From assembly GCA_021731625.1 (NCBI GenBank), contig JAKFXC010000062.1, forward strand, positions 4,479-68,478: 64,000 bases of DNA, read 5' to 3'. Positions 45,931 to 56,300 of this stretch are shown here, in pieces. The stretch is from Candidatus Omnitrophota bacterium (GTDB lineage: Bacteria; Omnitrophota; Gorgyraeia; Zapsychrales; Fredricksoniimonadaceae). Position numbers and translations under genes: made by a program. How positions within the stretch are numbered: position 1 is the first letter of the stretch; each line of letters begins with the position of its first letter. The notes below the pieces were generated by a model. It had not been told where the DNA came from. It saw only the letters and a list, made by a program, of their open reading frames with translations, and did no database searches.

Positions 45931-48710
45931 ATGTTAGATTATCTATATAAGAAGATGGTCAGCCTGGCGCTAGTCACCGCCTTTGTCGGCTCTTTCGTGT
46001 ATTTACCCCCATCTCAGGCCCACGCGGATGTCCTTTTAGGGCTGCCTGCCCCCGGTACTATGGTCAGCTTAAGCCCCGGCTATGCCACAGCTTTAATCAA
46101 AGGTTTAACCCTTCGTAAAGACAATCCTTTTTTGTTTGATTTCGTGGTGGACACCGGGGATAGCGGCCTCTCCGCTGAGGCTTAAAAATAGAAGGGGACC
46201 GTTTAGTCAAATATTTCTTTGCCTGTTTGACCATTCCTGAAAAAGATCTCTGGGTCAACTTAAGCCCCTATGAAAAAGATCGAATAGTCCCGGAAGCCTT
46301 AGGACAAACCGCTTTGGGCCGGGATCTACTCGCCCAAGACTATTTCCTCAAACAATTAACCGCTTCGCTGATTTATCCAGAGAAAGGCCTGGGCAAAACG
46401 TTTTGGGACCGCGTCTATGCCCAAGCCCAGCAAAAATTTGGGACTTCGCAGATTCCCGTCAATACTTTCAATAAAGTCTGGATCATGGCAGATAAAGCCA
46501 ACGTTTATGAGAGCGGTCAAACCGCCTTTGTGCTCGACGGTCATTTAAAGGTGATGCTCGAAGAGGACTACCTAGCGCTGCAGAAGAATGCCAAACCGAA
46601 ACAAAATGCCGGGACCTCTCAAATTGTCCGCGAAATCCCGGCTTCCATATCAACGGCTCATGCCCAGGAAAGCCGGGATTCCCTGCTGGCTAAAAGTATT
46701 CTGCAGGAAATCATCATCCCGGAGCTTGAGCGGGAAGTGAATACGGGTAAGAATTTTGCCACTTTGCGCCAAATTTATAATTCCCTTATCCTGGCCAGCT
46801 GGTACAAGAAGAATCTCAAGGAAGCATTACTCAATGAAGTTTACACCGATAAGAGCATGGTCAAAGGGGTGGATCTTTCTGACCCTTCTATAAAAGAAAA
46901 GATTTATGAGCAATATCTGAAAGCGTATAAGCAAGGCGTATTTAACTATATTAAGGAGGAACCCCGGGGTGACGGGCAAACTCTTCCTAAGAAGTATTTC
47001 TCCGGTGGATTTGGCGTTGCCCAGAATTTTCAGGCCACGTACCATTCTAATTCTCCTGGCAGTAGACCACTCTTAAATAGAGCCATGCAAAGCCTTTCAA
47101 AGACCTTAGCGGTGGTTGCCGTTGCGTTGGTGATGAATAGTCCGTTAGCTGTTTCGGCCGCTGGCTATGATGCGAAAACAGACACCATTATTGATTTTAG
47201 CGGGCGAGCGCACAAGGCTCCGACTTTGGATGAAATGATAGAGCGAGGTATGGATCCGAGGGATCCTCGGAGTTTCCTGCCCCCAGATTATTTTCGTGAT
47301 CTTTTTGGATTTGAAGAAATGATGCTGGCAGATCCTAAAATAAAGACGGAGGTCCTGAGAAGGATAGCGGAGGCGGTCAACCCGCGTGGGGCAATGTCCG
47401 CCGAAGAACTGGCGTATTTAACCAAATTTTCCAGCGAATTGTTGAGGAGACTGGCAGGATATGATCAGCCTCCTTCGCCGTGGTATACCGCACCAGGAGT
47501 AACTATTCCCAATGATGTCCAAGTCGACGCTCAAAAGGCAAAAAGAACGGCGGGTTTCAAAACAACCCAAGAGTGGGTGGATTATTTGGAAAACGAACTG
47601 CGCTTACCGCGGTTGATGGTTGAAGAATTGAGGGAGCTCAATGAAAAAGGCAAAGATGTTTTTGCTATCATCGATGCGTTGCCCCTGAAAGGATTCTCAC
47701 CACGGGTCGCCGATTTAGCCAGAGGGTTTCTCAAGGCGAGGTTTGCCAACGATCAAAAAACCCAGCTGCAGACGATCATGGACTTGATAAGAATACGAGA
47801 GGAAGCCCTAATTCTACGATCAGATGATCTGCTTCTGCTGGCTGTTTTTAAGGCGGGGTATTTTACCATACTCGAGACGAAGCGATTAGATCAAATAGCT
47901 GGTATTGCCGCAGAGGATGTAAGCCGCTATAACAGTGTGTTTTTTGGTCATTTGCTGGCCCAAATGATGGGGGACTCAGACCAAAAAGCGGAATTAAAGC
48001 AACGCATCAGGCAAATGTATGTGACAGCGTATGCCCGCGCATGGGCAGCCAAGCGAAACACCCTAAACGGACTATTTGCGGACAACGGTATTTACACCCG
48101 ACCCATGTTTAATTCCGCAGGCATGGACAACACCGAATTGCGGCGTATGAATGACATAGCCCAAGGCATTATCACGGCGGCGACGGCCTTAAGACTAGCC
48201 AATGGCAGTCAGGATCGCCTGGAGTCTTTAATCAGAGAATGGGACAAGGCTAAAGGCAATGTCTCATTTGCTTTCTCGAGAATTTTCCATGCCGTAGTCA
48301 TGGGACGACAAGCCGGTGATGTGCAGAATATAGATTTCCCAGGAATATTGGACACATTGAATGCTCTCCCGCCCAATAGAAGACCGGACCGTGACGATCT
48401 TCGAAGATGGGCCGAGCTTGTCCAAAAAAATAGAACTAAGCAAGAGAAGGCAATGGTGGCGCCGGACGAGGCCGATCAAGCCGTAATCACGGAGACCAGC
48501 GATGCCGTATCACCCGGCGGTATCGACTTAAAAACGGCCAACCTGGCCATGACGGTCACCAAAGACGGGAACGGCGGTGTGCAGGTGCTATTTGACCCGT
48601 TACTGCTGGAGGATCTCAGAACTCAAGGTATAAAATCTGCAAACCCCATCATTGTGGATATTAAGCTCATGAGTTCGGCGCAGATTCCCGCTCTCCTTTC
48701 TACACCATGA
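45931..48710 (+). CDS. Giant-protein family paralog 1 (~925 aa if the frameshift is repaired): signal peptide + shared N-domain + unique middle + shared C-terminal module; frameshifted at 46181-46189
   Basis: ORFs 45931..46185 and 46227..48710 are collinear with paralogs 2 and 3: ...DSGLSAEA | LKIEGDRLVKYFFACLTIPEKDLWVNLSPYEK versus LSGEALKQESLKLIKYFLAGLTVPQKDLWVNLSPYEK. One extra nucleotide in the ctt-aaaaa run would restore the frame. Confidence 0.6.
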
Positions 48711-51700
48711 GTCTACGACGCTATATTCTTATTTTGATAATCAGCACAAACTTGATGGCTCCATTGCCGGCACCGCAGGCCTCCGAACTGATTTTGCCGC
48801 AGCCGGGCAGTATGCTCACGCCTACAAAAGCATACAATTCGGTATCGGTCAAAGGCCTAACCATTGACCCTAAAAATCCACTGCGATTTAGTTTTATTGT
48901 TGAACCCGGGGATACGGGATTAAGCGGCCTGCAGCTTAAAGATGAATCCCTCAAGCTTATTAAATATTTTCTTTCGGCATTAACCATACCGGAAGACGAA
49001 ATGTGGGTCAACCTTTCGCCTTACGAAAAAAATCGCATCATTACCGATCAATTCGGATCAACTCAAATGGGCCGGGATTTATTGGCCCAAGACTACATCC
49101 TTAAACAGCTCAGCGCTTCTTTGATCTATCCGGAACATGCTTTAGGAAAGGCGTTTTGGCAAAAAGTATATTCTCAGGTTAAGGATCAATTTAGAACCAC
49201 GCAAATGCCGGTTAATATGTTCAACAAAATTTGGATCGTTCCGGACCAAGCGTCAATCTATGAGCATCAAAACAGCGCGTTTATTGTTAACTCGAGATTA
49301 AAAGTGTTAATGGAACAAGACTATCTGGCCACTCAAAAGAATGATCAGGTTATTTCAAAAGAGCCGCAGGATCGCGGGCTATCTCAAATCATACGCGATA
49401 ATATCGTGCCTGCGATCGAAAAAGAGGTCAACGAAGGGGCCCACTTTGCCAATTTACGGCAAATCTATCAAGCCATGATATTAGCGGTTTGGTATAAAAT
49501 TCGGCTCAAAGACAGCCTCTTGGGAAAGACGTATGTCAATTTGCATAAAGTCAAAGGTGTGGCACTGGCGAACACCAAAGACAATGACATGATTTATCAG
49601 AATTATCTTCGGGCTTTTAAAAAAGGAGTCTTTAACTACATCAAGGAAGAAGAGAATTTGGCAAATCACGAAATGGTTTCCAGAAAATATTTTTCCGGGG
49701 GATTTATGCCGGCTCAATTAGCCCCCATCGTAAAGCAAGGTTTAGTATTCAACCTGCCAGATAGGGCGATCCTAAGCCCAGAGGCTCAAACTGTCACCTG
49801 GGAAGCGGAGGCACTGACCTCGGACCAGGGGATGACTGGAGAATTGCAACAAAGTCTAAAAATGTCGGATCAAGATTTTCAAGTCCTGCTGGGTAGACTG
49901 GCCAAAGATAAGTACATCACCGCAAATTCGGAAGTGGATTTAGAGTTTAAAGGCCTGAAGCCGGCTTACGCCAGGCTTTATCCTGCTCACCATGACCGAA
50001 TTTCAAAGTTACTTTCCGACGGACGTTTAAAACGGCTGGAAAAAATGGAACAAGACCGCAGAGCTTCCATCAAGCAGGAGCTAGGTGATTGGACAGAGAA
50101 AGTCAATGCGGCGGTAAAGCGGAATCAGCAAACAGAAGCAACCAAAAGGGAGGCCTTGGTCCAAAAATGGACACCAACATTTAAAAGATACGGCATTTAT
50201 TATTTTTATTTATTTAAATATATGTCAGAACGTATATTCCACATGCCGTTTAGGTATGAGCTGGAAGATTTTCTCCAAGAATCTGTTGTTGCTTGCCATG
50301 GCGTTGCTGAATTGGGAAAGACAGATGACATTTCGTTTATCATAGCTGCCCAACGGCATTTTCTGCAGTTTTTCGCGGAAGAAGACAGGATACCCTACAA
50401 AACAAAAGTTGGCGTGGTTACAAAGTTGCGGGCTTTGATCGAAAATTATTCTGCCTCCAAGCTTCAAGTGGTGCCAAATAGGTACCTTGTGCCTGCGCTA
50501 CGAGCTGAGTTTCCTAAGCTCCAGCGGTATGTACGCCCCAATGACCCGTTGGAAGGGGAGGTTGAGGCGGGTCATTTCGGATTAATTCCCCTGGAGGAAA
50601 CGTCACGGGAACTATATTTGCAAGCGGCTCTACCTAGAGTCTTGGATCAAACGAAGAAAGCCAATCGTCTTGTCGCTCTGCAATTTGGCCTTGGTGATGA
50701 CATAGAAAAGAGCAATGCATGGATTGCCAAAGAGTTGGGGTATCAGTTCGAAAATAGTGTGCGCTCAAGGTCGTACGAAATCCGGGTGACATTAAGCAAG
50801 AATAAGGCCTTGCGGGACCTTACTGTTTATGATCATCAATGGGTACTGTTCAATGATACTCTAGATTTTTTGCGTTATCAAGAGCGCGCCGCACAGAGTT
50901 CCTCGCCCAAAAAAATTCCTCATGAGCCGGCATTGAATTTTGAAGACGAGCGGCGATTGATGGATTTGGTGCATTTGTGGTTTGCTGCAAGTCAGCTGCG
51001 ATTTCTGCGGGCACTGTATTTAGGAGACAATACCGATAGCTTCAACGAGGGGGTGCAACGAGAAGCTAAACGAAGGATCAATTTATTCCTCACGCTCGGT
51101 GTGTTGTCTGAATTTGGTTTGGGGGAGCAATTAATCCCCACCATTGTCCGCTTGAGCGCCGAAACCCCACTGCAGCGCATGTTTCGTCATGCGGGAGTAG
51201 AGCAATTGTTAAGAATTTCCAATGGGGACATTAATGCCGTGGTTGAATTCGTCATGCAAATGTTTCCCGAGGTATATAAGGAAGAGGATGTTCGGCGTTT
51301 AGCTCGAGGCTATTTTGATTTACCCAAGATTCCGCAAAGTCCCCATGTTGCTCCTCAACAAGTCCTTAGAATTGTTCATAACGTCATTAGTAAAATGGAA
51401 GGTGGCGAGAGTAGACGTAGATATTTGGTCAAAAGACGCTTAGTCCGTGATCTCTACTACCATTCGATCGTAAACAATACATCGCAAGCATTAGAGGGTC
51501 TTAATGCTGCTATCGGCGAAGCCGGCAGCGATCAAGAATGGCAAAATCTTTTAAAAGACACGTATGACTACTATCAACAAGCGACCGCGTTTTATCCACG
51601 CGGCTTTCAGGAGGAAACTGAGGTGGGTCAGGAGCCGATGCTGCCCGCGCAGAGATTTGGTATTTGGGAGGCAGTTTTGTCCCTATCCAATCCTCGTTTG

Positions 51701-53347
51701 GAAAGTGCGGTGCATATGAGTGAAGCCCGTATCGGCAAAACCATTATGGCGATTTTGTCCGTCTTTAATGTGCGCAAGCCGAATAGCAATGACTATGCGG
51801 TGCGGAAGGTCCTCTACACCACCACCAATAGCGCCAAATATGAGGTTTACAATGAGCTTGTGCGGCGTACGAATAAAGAGTTGGATTTGCATGTTATTGT
51901 GGTCGACCGTCAAAACGGCAATCGTGAGCAGCAAGTCGAAGAAGCCATTAAGTTAGCGGAAGATCCAACCAAAAACGTGGTGTTAATCGCCAATTATGAC
52001 GCCGTGAGATTATCACCGGAGGCATTTTCTAAATTTGCTCCTGACGCGCACATTGTTGACGAGGTGGAGTCGCTAAAAAGTGGTGATGCCAAGCGCACTC
52101 CTATCATTTTCGGTATTCCAGCGAAATATCGGGTTGCGGTCAGTGCCCGCGCCGTAGTCAATCGCTCAGAGGATGTCCATGAATTAATTTTGTGGACCCA
52201 GCACCGCGAATTCTTGCCTTGGGGAAGAAAGAAAGAAGACGCATTGCAGGAGCTTAAAGACATGTCCCAAGATCGAGTATTTGAGGTGTTAAGCAGGAAT
52301 CAGAGTCGATGGCGCCGTAGTACCGTTATGCCTGAGGTCAAAGAACCCGTATTTACCAATGAGCCTATTGAATATTCACTGGAGCAGCAACAAAGCATTC
52401 TGAAAATCAGCAGCGTGGATGAATTTGAGGATTGGCAATTAAACGAAGCGCGGGAAGACAAGGGAGACATGAACGATAGTGTTCTGACAAGGATTGATTT
52501 ACTGAGAAGAGCCAGTATTGAGCTGGGCTTGGTTCAAAAAGAAGCCTATTTCGGACAATATATGGACGCGTCCCCAAAAATTCAGCGCCTGGATGCCATC
52601 ATTGACAATGAATTCAAGAGTCAGGGAAAAGTATACGTCGAAGCAGATTTTCCCGAAGCCATTGACCGATTGGTGGCGCGTTATGCCCAAAAATACGGGC
52701 CGCGAGCAGCGGCAGGAATCCATGGTCAAACGCTCGTTAAGGACCGAGTTGATATTATTCGCCGGTTCCGCAGTGACCCGGAATTAAAAATATTGATAGG
52801 GACACCGCATACAACAGCTTCTTCCTTGAATTTGTCTCAGCTGCGAGGTAGTTCTTTCCACAATTCTTTGTTAGTGCGATTAGATTTGCCCGCTCGCAAT
52901 GTCGATGATGGCGATCGTTTGATCGATCCTTGGCAAGATAAGCAAGTCCGGGTGATCTCATTAATAGGCGTCTTTCGAAAGGATGATCTTGCCAAATACA
53001 AGCGATCCATTGATGAGCAGTTCTTCGACTTGCGGTCGGAGAAGCAACGGGTCTTCGAGCATGTTATTGATGGAAAACCCCTCGTTTCGGATGAGGAAAC
53101 GGAAGAAATTAAGGATATGGTTGAGGAGTTTATGGAGCCGTCGGAAATCGACGCTGCCATGATGGAAAAGGGTGGTATCGATTTAAATTCCAAATCCTTG
53201 AAGCTGCACATGAATGGTGATCAACCGGCTGCCTCGTTTAGGGGTACGTTCCTCCCTGCATTTGATGGTCTTTACCCGGTGCTTGTCGATATACAGCCAG
53301 CGAATACTGGTTCGAAATACCCCCCCGGATTATTTGAAAAGCATTAA
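48707..53347 (+). CDS. Giant-protein family paralog 2 (1546 aa, intact): signal peptide + shared N-domain + SNF2-like SF2 ATPase module + shared C-terminal module
   Basis: Shares the N-terminal ~330 aa with the other two paralogs. Internal SNF2 motifs: I SEARIGKTIMAI, II HIVDEVESLKS, III RVAVSARAVVNRSEDVHELILW..FLP; helicase-C-like GIHGQT..ILIGTPHTTASSLNLS and DKQVRVISLIG. Confidence 0.7.
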   Translation: MSLRRYILILIISTNLMAPLPAPQASELILPQPGSMLTPTKAYNSVSVKGLTIDPKNPLRFSFIVEPGDTGLSGLQLKDESLKLIKYFLSALTIPEDEMWVNLSPYEKNRIITDQFGSTQMGRDLLAQDYILKQLSASLIYPEHALGKAFWQKVYSQVKDQFRTTQMPVNMFNKIWIVPDQASIYEHQNSAFIVNSRLKVLMEQDYLATQKNDQVISKEPQDRGLSQIIRDNIVPAIEKEVNEGAHFANLRQIYQAMILAVWYKIRLKDSLLGKTYVNLHKVKGVALANTKDNDMIYQNYLRAFKKGVFNYIKEEENLANHEMVSRKYFSGGFMPAQLAPIVKQGLVFNLPDRAILSPEAQTVTWEAEALTSDQGMTGELQQSLKMSDQDFQVLLGRLAKDKYITANSEVDLEFKGLKPAYARLYPAHHDRISKLLSDGRLKRLEKMEQDRRASIKQELGDWTEKVNAAVKRNQQTEATKREALVQKWTPTFKRYGIYYFYLFKYMSERIFHMPFRYELEDFLQESVVACHGVAELGKTDDISFIIAAQRHFLQFFAEEDRIPYKTKVGVVTKLRALIENYSASKLQVVPNRYLVPALRAEFPKLQRYVRPNDPLEGEVEAGHFGLIPLEETSRELYLQAALPRVLDQTKKANRLVALQFGLGDDIEKSNAWIAKELGYQFENSVRSRSYEIRVTLSKNKALRDLTVYDHQWVLFNDTLDFLRYQERAAQSSSPKKIPHEPALNFEDERRLMDLVHLWFAASQLRFLRALYLGDNTDSFNEGVQREAKRRINLFLTLGVLSEFGLGEQLIPTIVRLSAETPLQRMFRHAGVEQLLRISNGDINAVVEFVMQMFPEVYKEEDVRRLARGYFDLPKIPQSPHVAPQQVLRIVHNVISKMEGGESRRRYLVKRRLVRDLYYHSIVNNTSQALEGLNAAIGEAGSDQEWQNLLKDTYDYYQQATAFYPRGFQEETEVGQEPMLPAQRFGIWEAVLSLSNPRLESAVHMSEARIGKTIMAILSVFNVRKPNSNDYAVRKVLYTTTNSAKYEVYNELVRRTNKELDLHVIVVDRQNGNREQQVEEAIKLAEDPTKNVVLIANYDAVRLSPEAFSKFAPDAHIVDEVESLKSGDAKRTPIIFGIPAKYRVAVSARAVVNRSEDVHELILWTQHREFLPWGRKKEDALQELKDMSQDRVFEVLSRNQSRWRRSTVMPEVKEPVFTNEPIEYSLEQQQSILKISSVDEFEDWQLNEAREDKGDMNDSVLTRIDLLRRASIELGLVQKEAYFGQYMDASPKIQRLDAIIDNEFKSQGKVYVEADFPEAIDRLVARYAQKYGPRAAAGIHGQTLVKDRVDIIRRFRSDPELKILIGTPHTTASSLNLSQLRGSSFHNSLLVRLDLPARNVDDGDRLIDPWQDKQVRVISLIGVFRKDDLAKYKRSIDEQFFDLRSEKQRVFEHVIDGKPLVSDEETEEIKDMVEEFMEPSEIDAAMMEKGGIDLNSKSLKLHMNGDQPAASFRGTFLPAFDGLYPVLVDIQPANTGSKYPPGLFEKH

Positions 53348-53386
53348 GAATATGTTATACTTTCATAGATTCACAGGGAAATCCTC

Positions 53387-56300
53387 ATGAACAAATCCAA
53401 AAAAACCGCATACCTTGCTTCCTTTATTATAGTTTCTTTCGTCACCAGTTTTTCGCAAACGCCGGTCTACGCCCAGGAACTGATCCTGCCGTTGCCCGGG
53501 ACCATGGTCACGGCCAGCCCTAAATTTGCGCCAGCCATTATACGCGGTATCCAGTTTAACGCCAAAAACCCCTTCCAATTTGATTTTATCATTGACCGCG
53601 GGGACGACAAGCTCTCCGGGGAGGCTTTGAAACAGGAGTCCTTGAAACTCATCAAGTATTTCCTGGCCGGCTTGACTGTGCCGCAAAAGGACTTGTGGGT
53701 CAACCTCTCGCCGTACGAAAAAGGCCGCATTGTGCCGGACGGCTTTGGCCAAACCGACATGGGCCGCGACCTGTTGGCGCAGGATTACCTTTTGAAACAA
53801 CTGACCGCGTCGCTGGTGTACCCAGAAAAAGAATTAGGCAAAAAGTTTTGGGAAAAAGTCTACGCTAGGGCCAAAGAGCAGTTCGGTTCGGCCCAAATAC
53901 CCGTTAATACCTTTAATAAGGTGTGGATCGTGCCGGACAAGGCCGTGGTGTTGGAGCGTAAAGGCGGCGTGTATGTGTCTCAAAGCCATTTGAAGGTGAT
54001 GCTGGAACAAGACTACCTGGCTTCTCAAAAAAACGTTAAGGTAGCTAGGTCCCAGAAGGGGATTACCACTGCTTCAGACAAGGCCGTGTCTTCCCAAACC
54101 ATCCGCGACATCATTCTCCCCGAGATCGAACAGGAAGTCAATGAAGGCGCCAATTTCGCCGCCTTGCGCCAGGTGTTCAATTCTCTAATTTTGGCCATCT
54201 GGTATAAAAAGAACCTCAAAGATGCGGTGCTCAATAGAGTTTATGCTAACTCCAACAAAATCAACGGCATTGATATTGAAGATAAAGACAGCAAGGAGAA
54301 AATTTACCAGCAGTACCTGCAGGCGTTTAAAAAAGGTGTGTATAGCTATATTAAGGAAGATGCTACGCCTGCGGGTCAGTCAGCCGCCAGGAAATATTTT
54401 TCCGGCGGCGTCAACGTGGAAAACTTGGTTGTGGAAACCGAAAAAGAAAACCAGGCCATGGCCCTCACCATCGCTGAACGGAGCCGCAATGGCGATCTGG
54501 CTCAAATTAGCTGGTTGACCCAGGAGGTTAAAAATCCTAGGTATAGACAAAATTACACACAGGCCCGGTATACCTTCTTAATGAGCACCAAAGGCTATCA
54601 GGAGAGCCTGGGTCGTAAATTTGCACTGCAACTGGATGCTAATCGTGGTGATGGTGTGCTCTCGTATCATCAGCAATTATTGCAAAAAGCATTTAGCCTC
54701 GACCTGAAGAAGCAGAAGGAATTCCTGGCTGCATATAAAGATTATTTTAAATATAACCGCTATGGGATGGAAAATTCATCGATCCCCCGGACCTCGAAAA
54801 ATTGGTGGGTACGGAGCCCGCATTCGGATACTACGAGGGTGAGCATTTCACTTCCTATGCGACCGATGAACTGCTGGCTGTGGATTATCTTAAGACTTTT
54901 GCCCCGGCAGATTTTGACCGCGAACTCAACTGGCTGCTCGTGGAAGTTCCCGCCTTAACGGACGAGCAGGATATGAGTTCCGAAAAGCTGCTGCAATATT
55001 TGGACGAGGCCATTAAGCGCTTGTTCTCCTTTGCAGACCTTAAGCTTCATACGGATGTCCGCTTTCAAGTAGAGCAAGACTTACGCACCTATTTTTATAA
55101 ACAGCTGCTAAATCGCAAAAGTACTTCCCAGCGTATAATCCGGTTGTCCAACACCACGTCGCGCGATGGCCAGCAATCTAACAAAGGCACAAACCTGACA
55201 GGTCTTGACCAGTGGAAACTATTGTCCTGGATTGTAAAATTTGGCAATGTATCCACGATTGAATCCTGGGGCGGGGCTGCAAATCAATCCGCGGTCTTAA
55301 AGACCAAGCGCATTTATCAAGTGCCCGGACAGGAAGAGCCGCTGAAAAATTGGGCCGAGGACCCTTTTTTTAATTTAAGAGAGCAGACAAAATTGTTGGA
55401 AGATAACCTCAAGGAAGCTTTTGGGGAAGACCTGGATCGGTTGGAGGATGATGACCGCGAAAGGATTTTCAATCGGTACAAGCGCGACTTTGACCGCAAA
55501 ATCTTATCCGAATTTGACCTTAATGCGATTCTGAAAAGATACAATCTCAGTGAACAGGTGAAGAATCGCGTCCGTAAAGTCTATGAGATTAAGCAGGAAA
55601 TGCTTTTACGCGGGACTTTTCTGGTTGCCCTGGATCAGTTTCCGGAACCGGTGGTGAAGGAATTTGTGGAGGTGGCATGGCGGAATGGAGTCGATGTTTT
55701 TCGTATTTTTGATGCCATGAACCGGATCAACGAAATCGATGGGCCGCTTAAATACGCCCGGGCCCTGGGAGCTAAAGTCCAGCCTGCCATTCATTACACC
55801 AAAGGTTTTCCTAGGGGGATTCCTAAATATGTGGAGCTAGCCAAGGAATTGGTCAGAATCAGCGGGCACGCCCTGGATAGTTTAGTGATCAAGGATGCCG
55901 CAGGCCAGTTGGAGCCGGAGGAAGCCTATAAACTGGTTAAAGCTTTGCGTCAGGCGGGCATCACTGTTCCGATTCAAATCCATACCCATGATACCAATGG
56001 TAATCGGCAATTGACGTTGTTGGAAGCTATCCGAGCCAACGGGGAAGATTATCCCATTATTGTGGATGTGTCCACCGGTGAGTTGGCCGCACCCTTGGCC
56101 CAGCCCAATGACCGCCATTTTTTAAACATTGTGCAGGGAACAAAGTGGGAGGGGACGCTCATTAAAGATGTGGATTTTGAGCAAATGGAGCAAGCGGAAT
56201 TTTTTATAAAAAGCGACATTAACCTTCACAGTCCCTCTGTGCCAATGACGACCGAAGATCGTTTACGCATCGTGAGAGCGAACATTCCCGGAGGTTTAAA

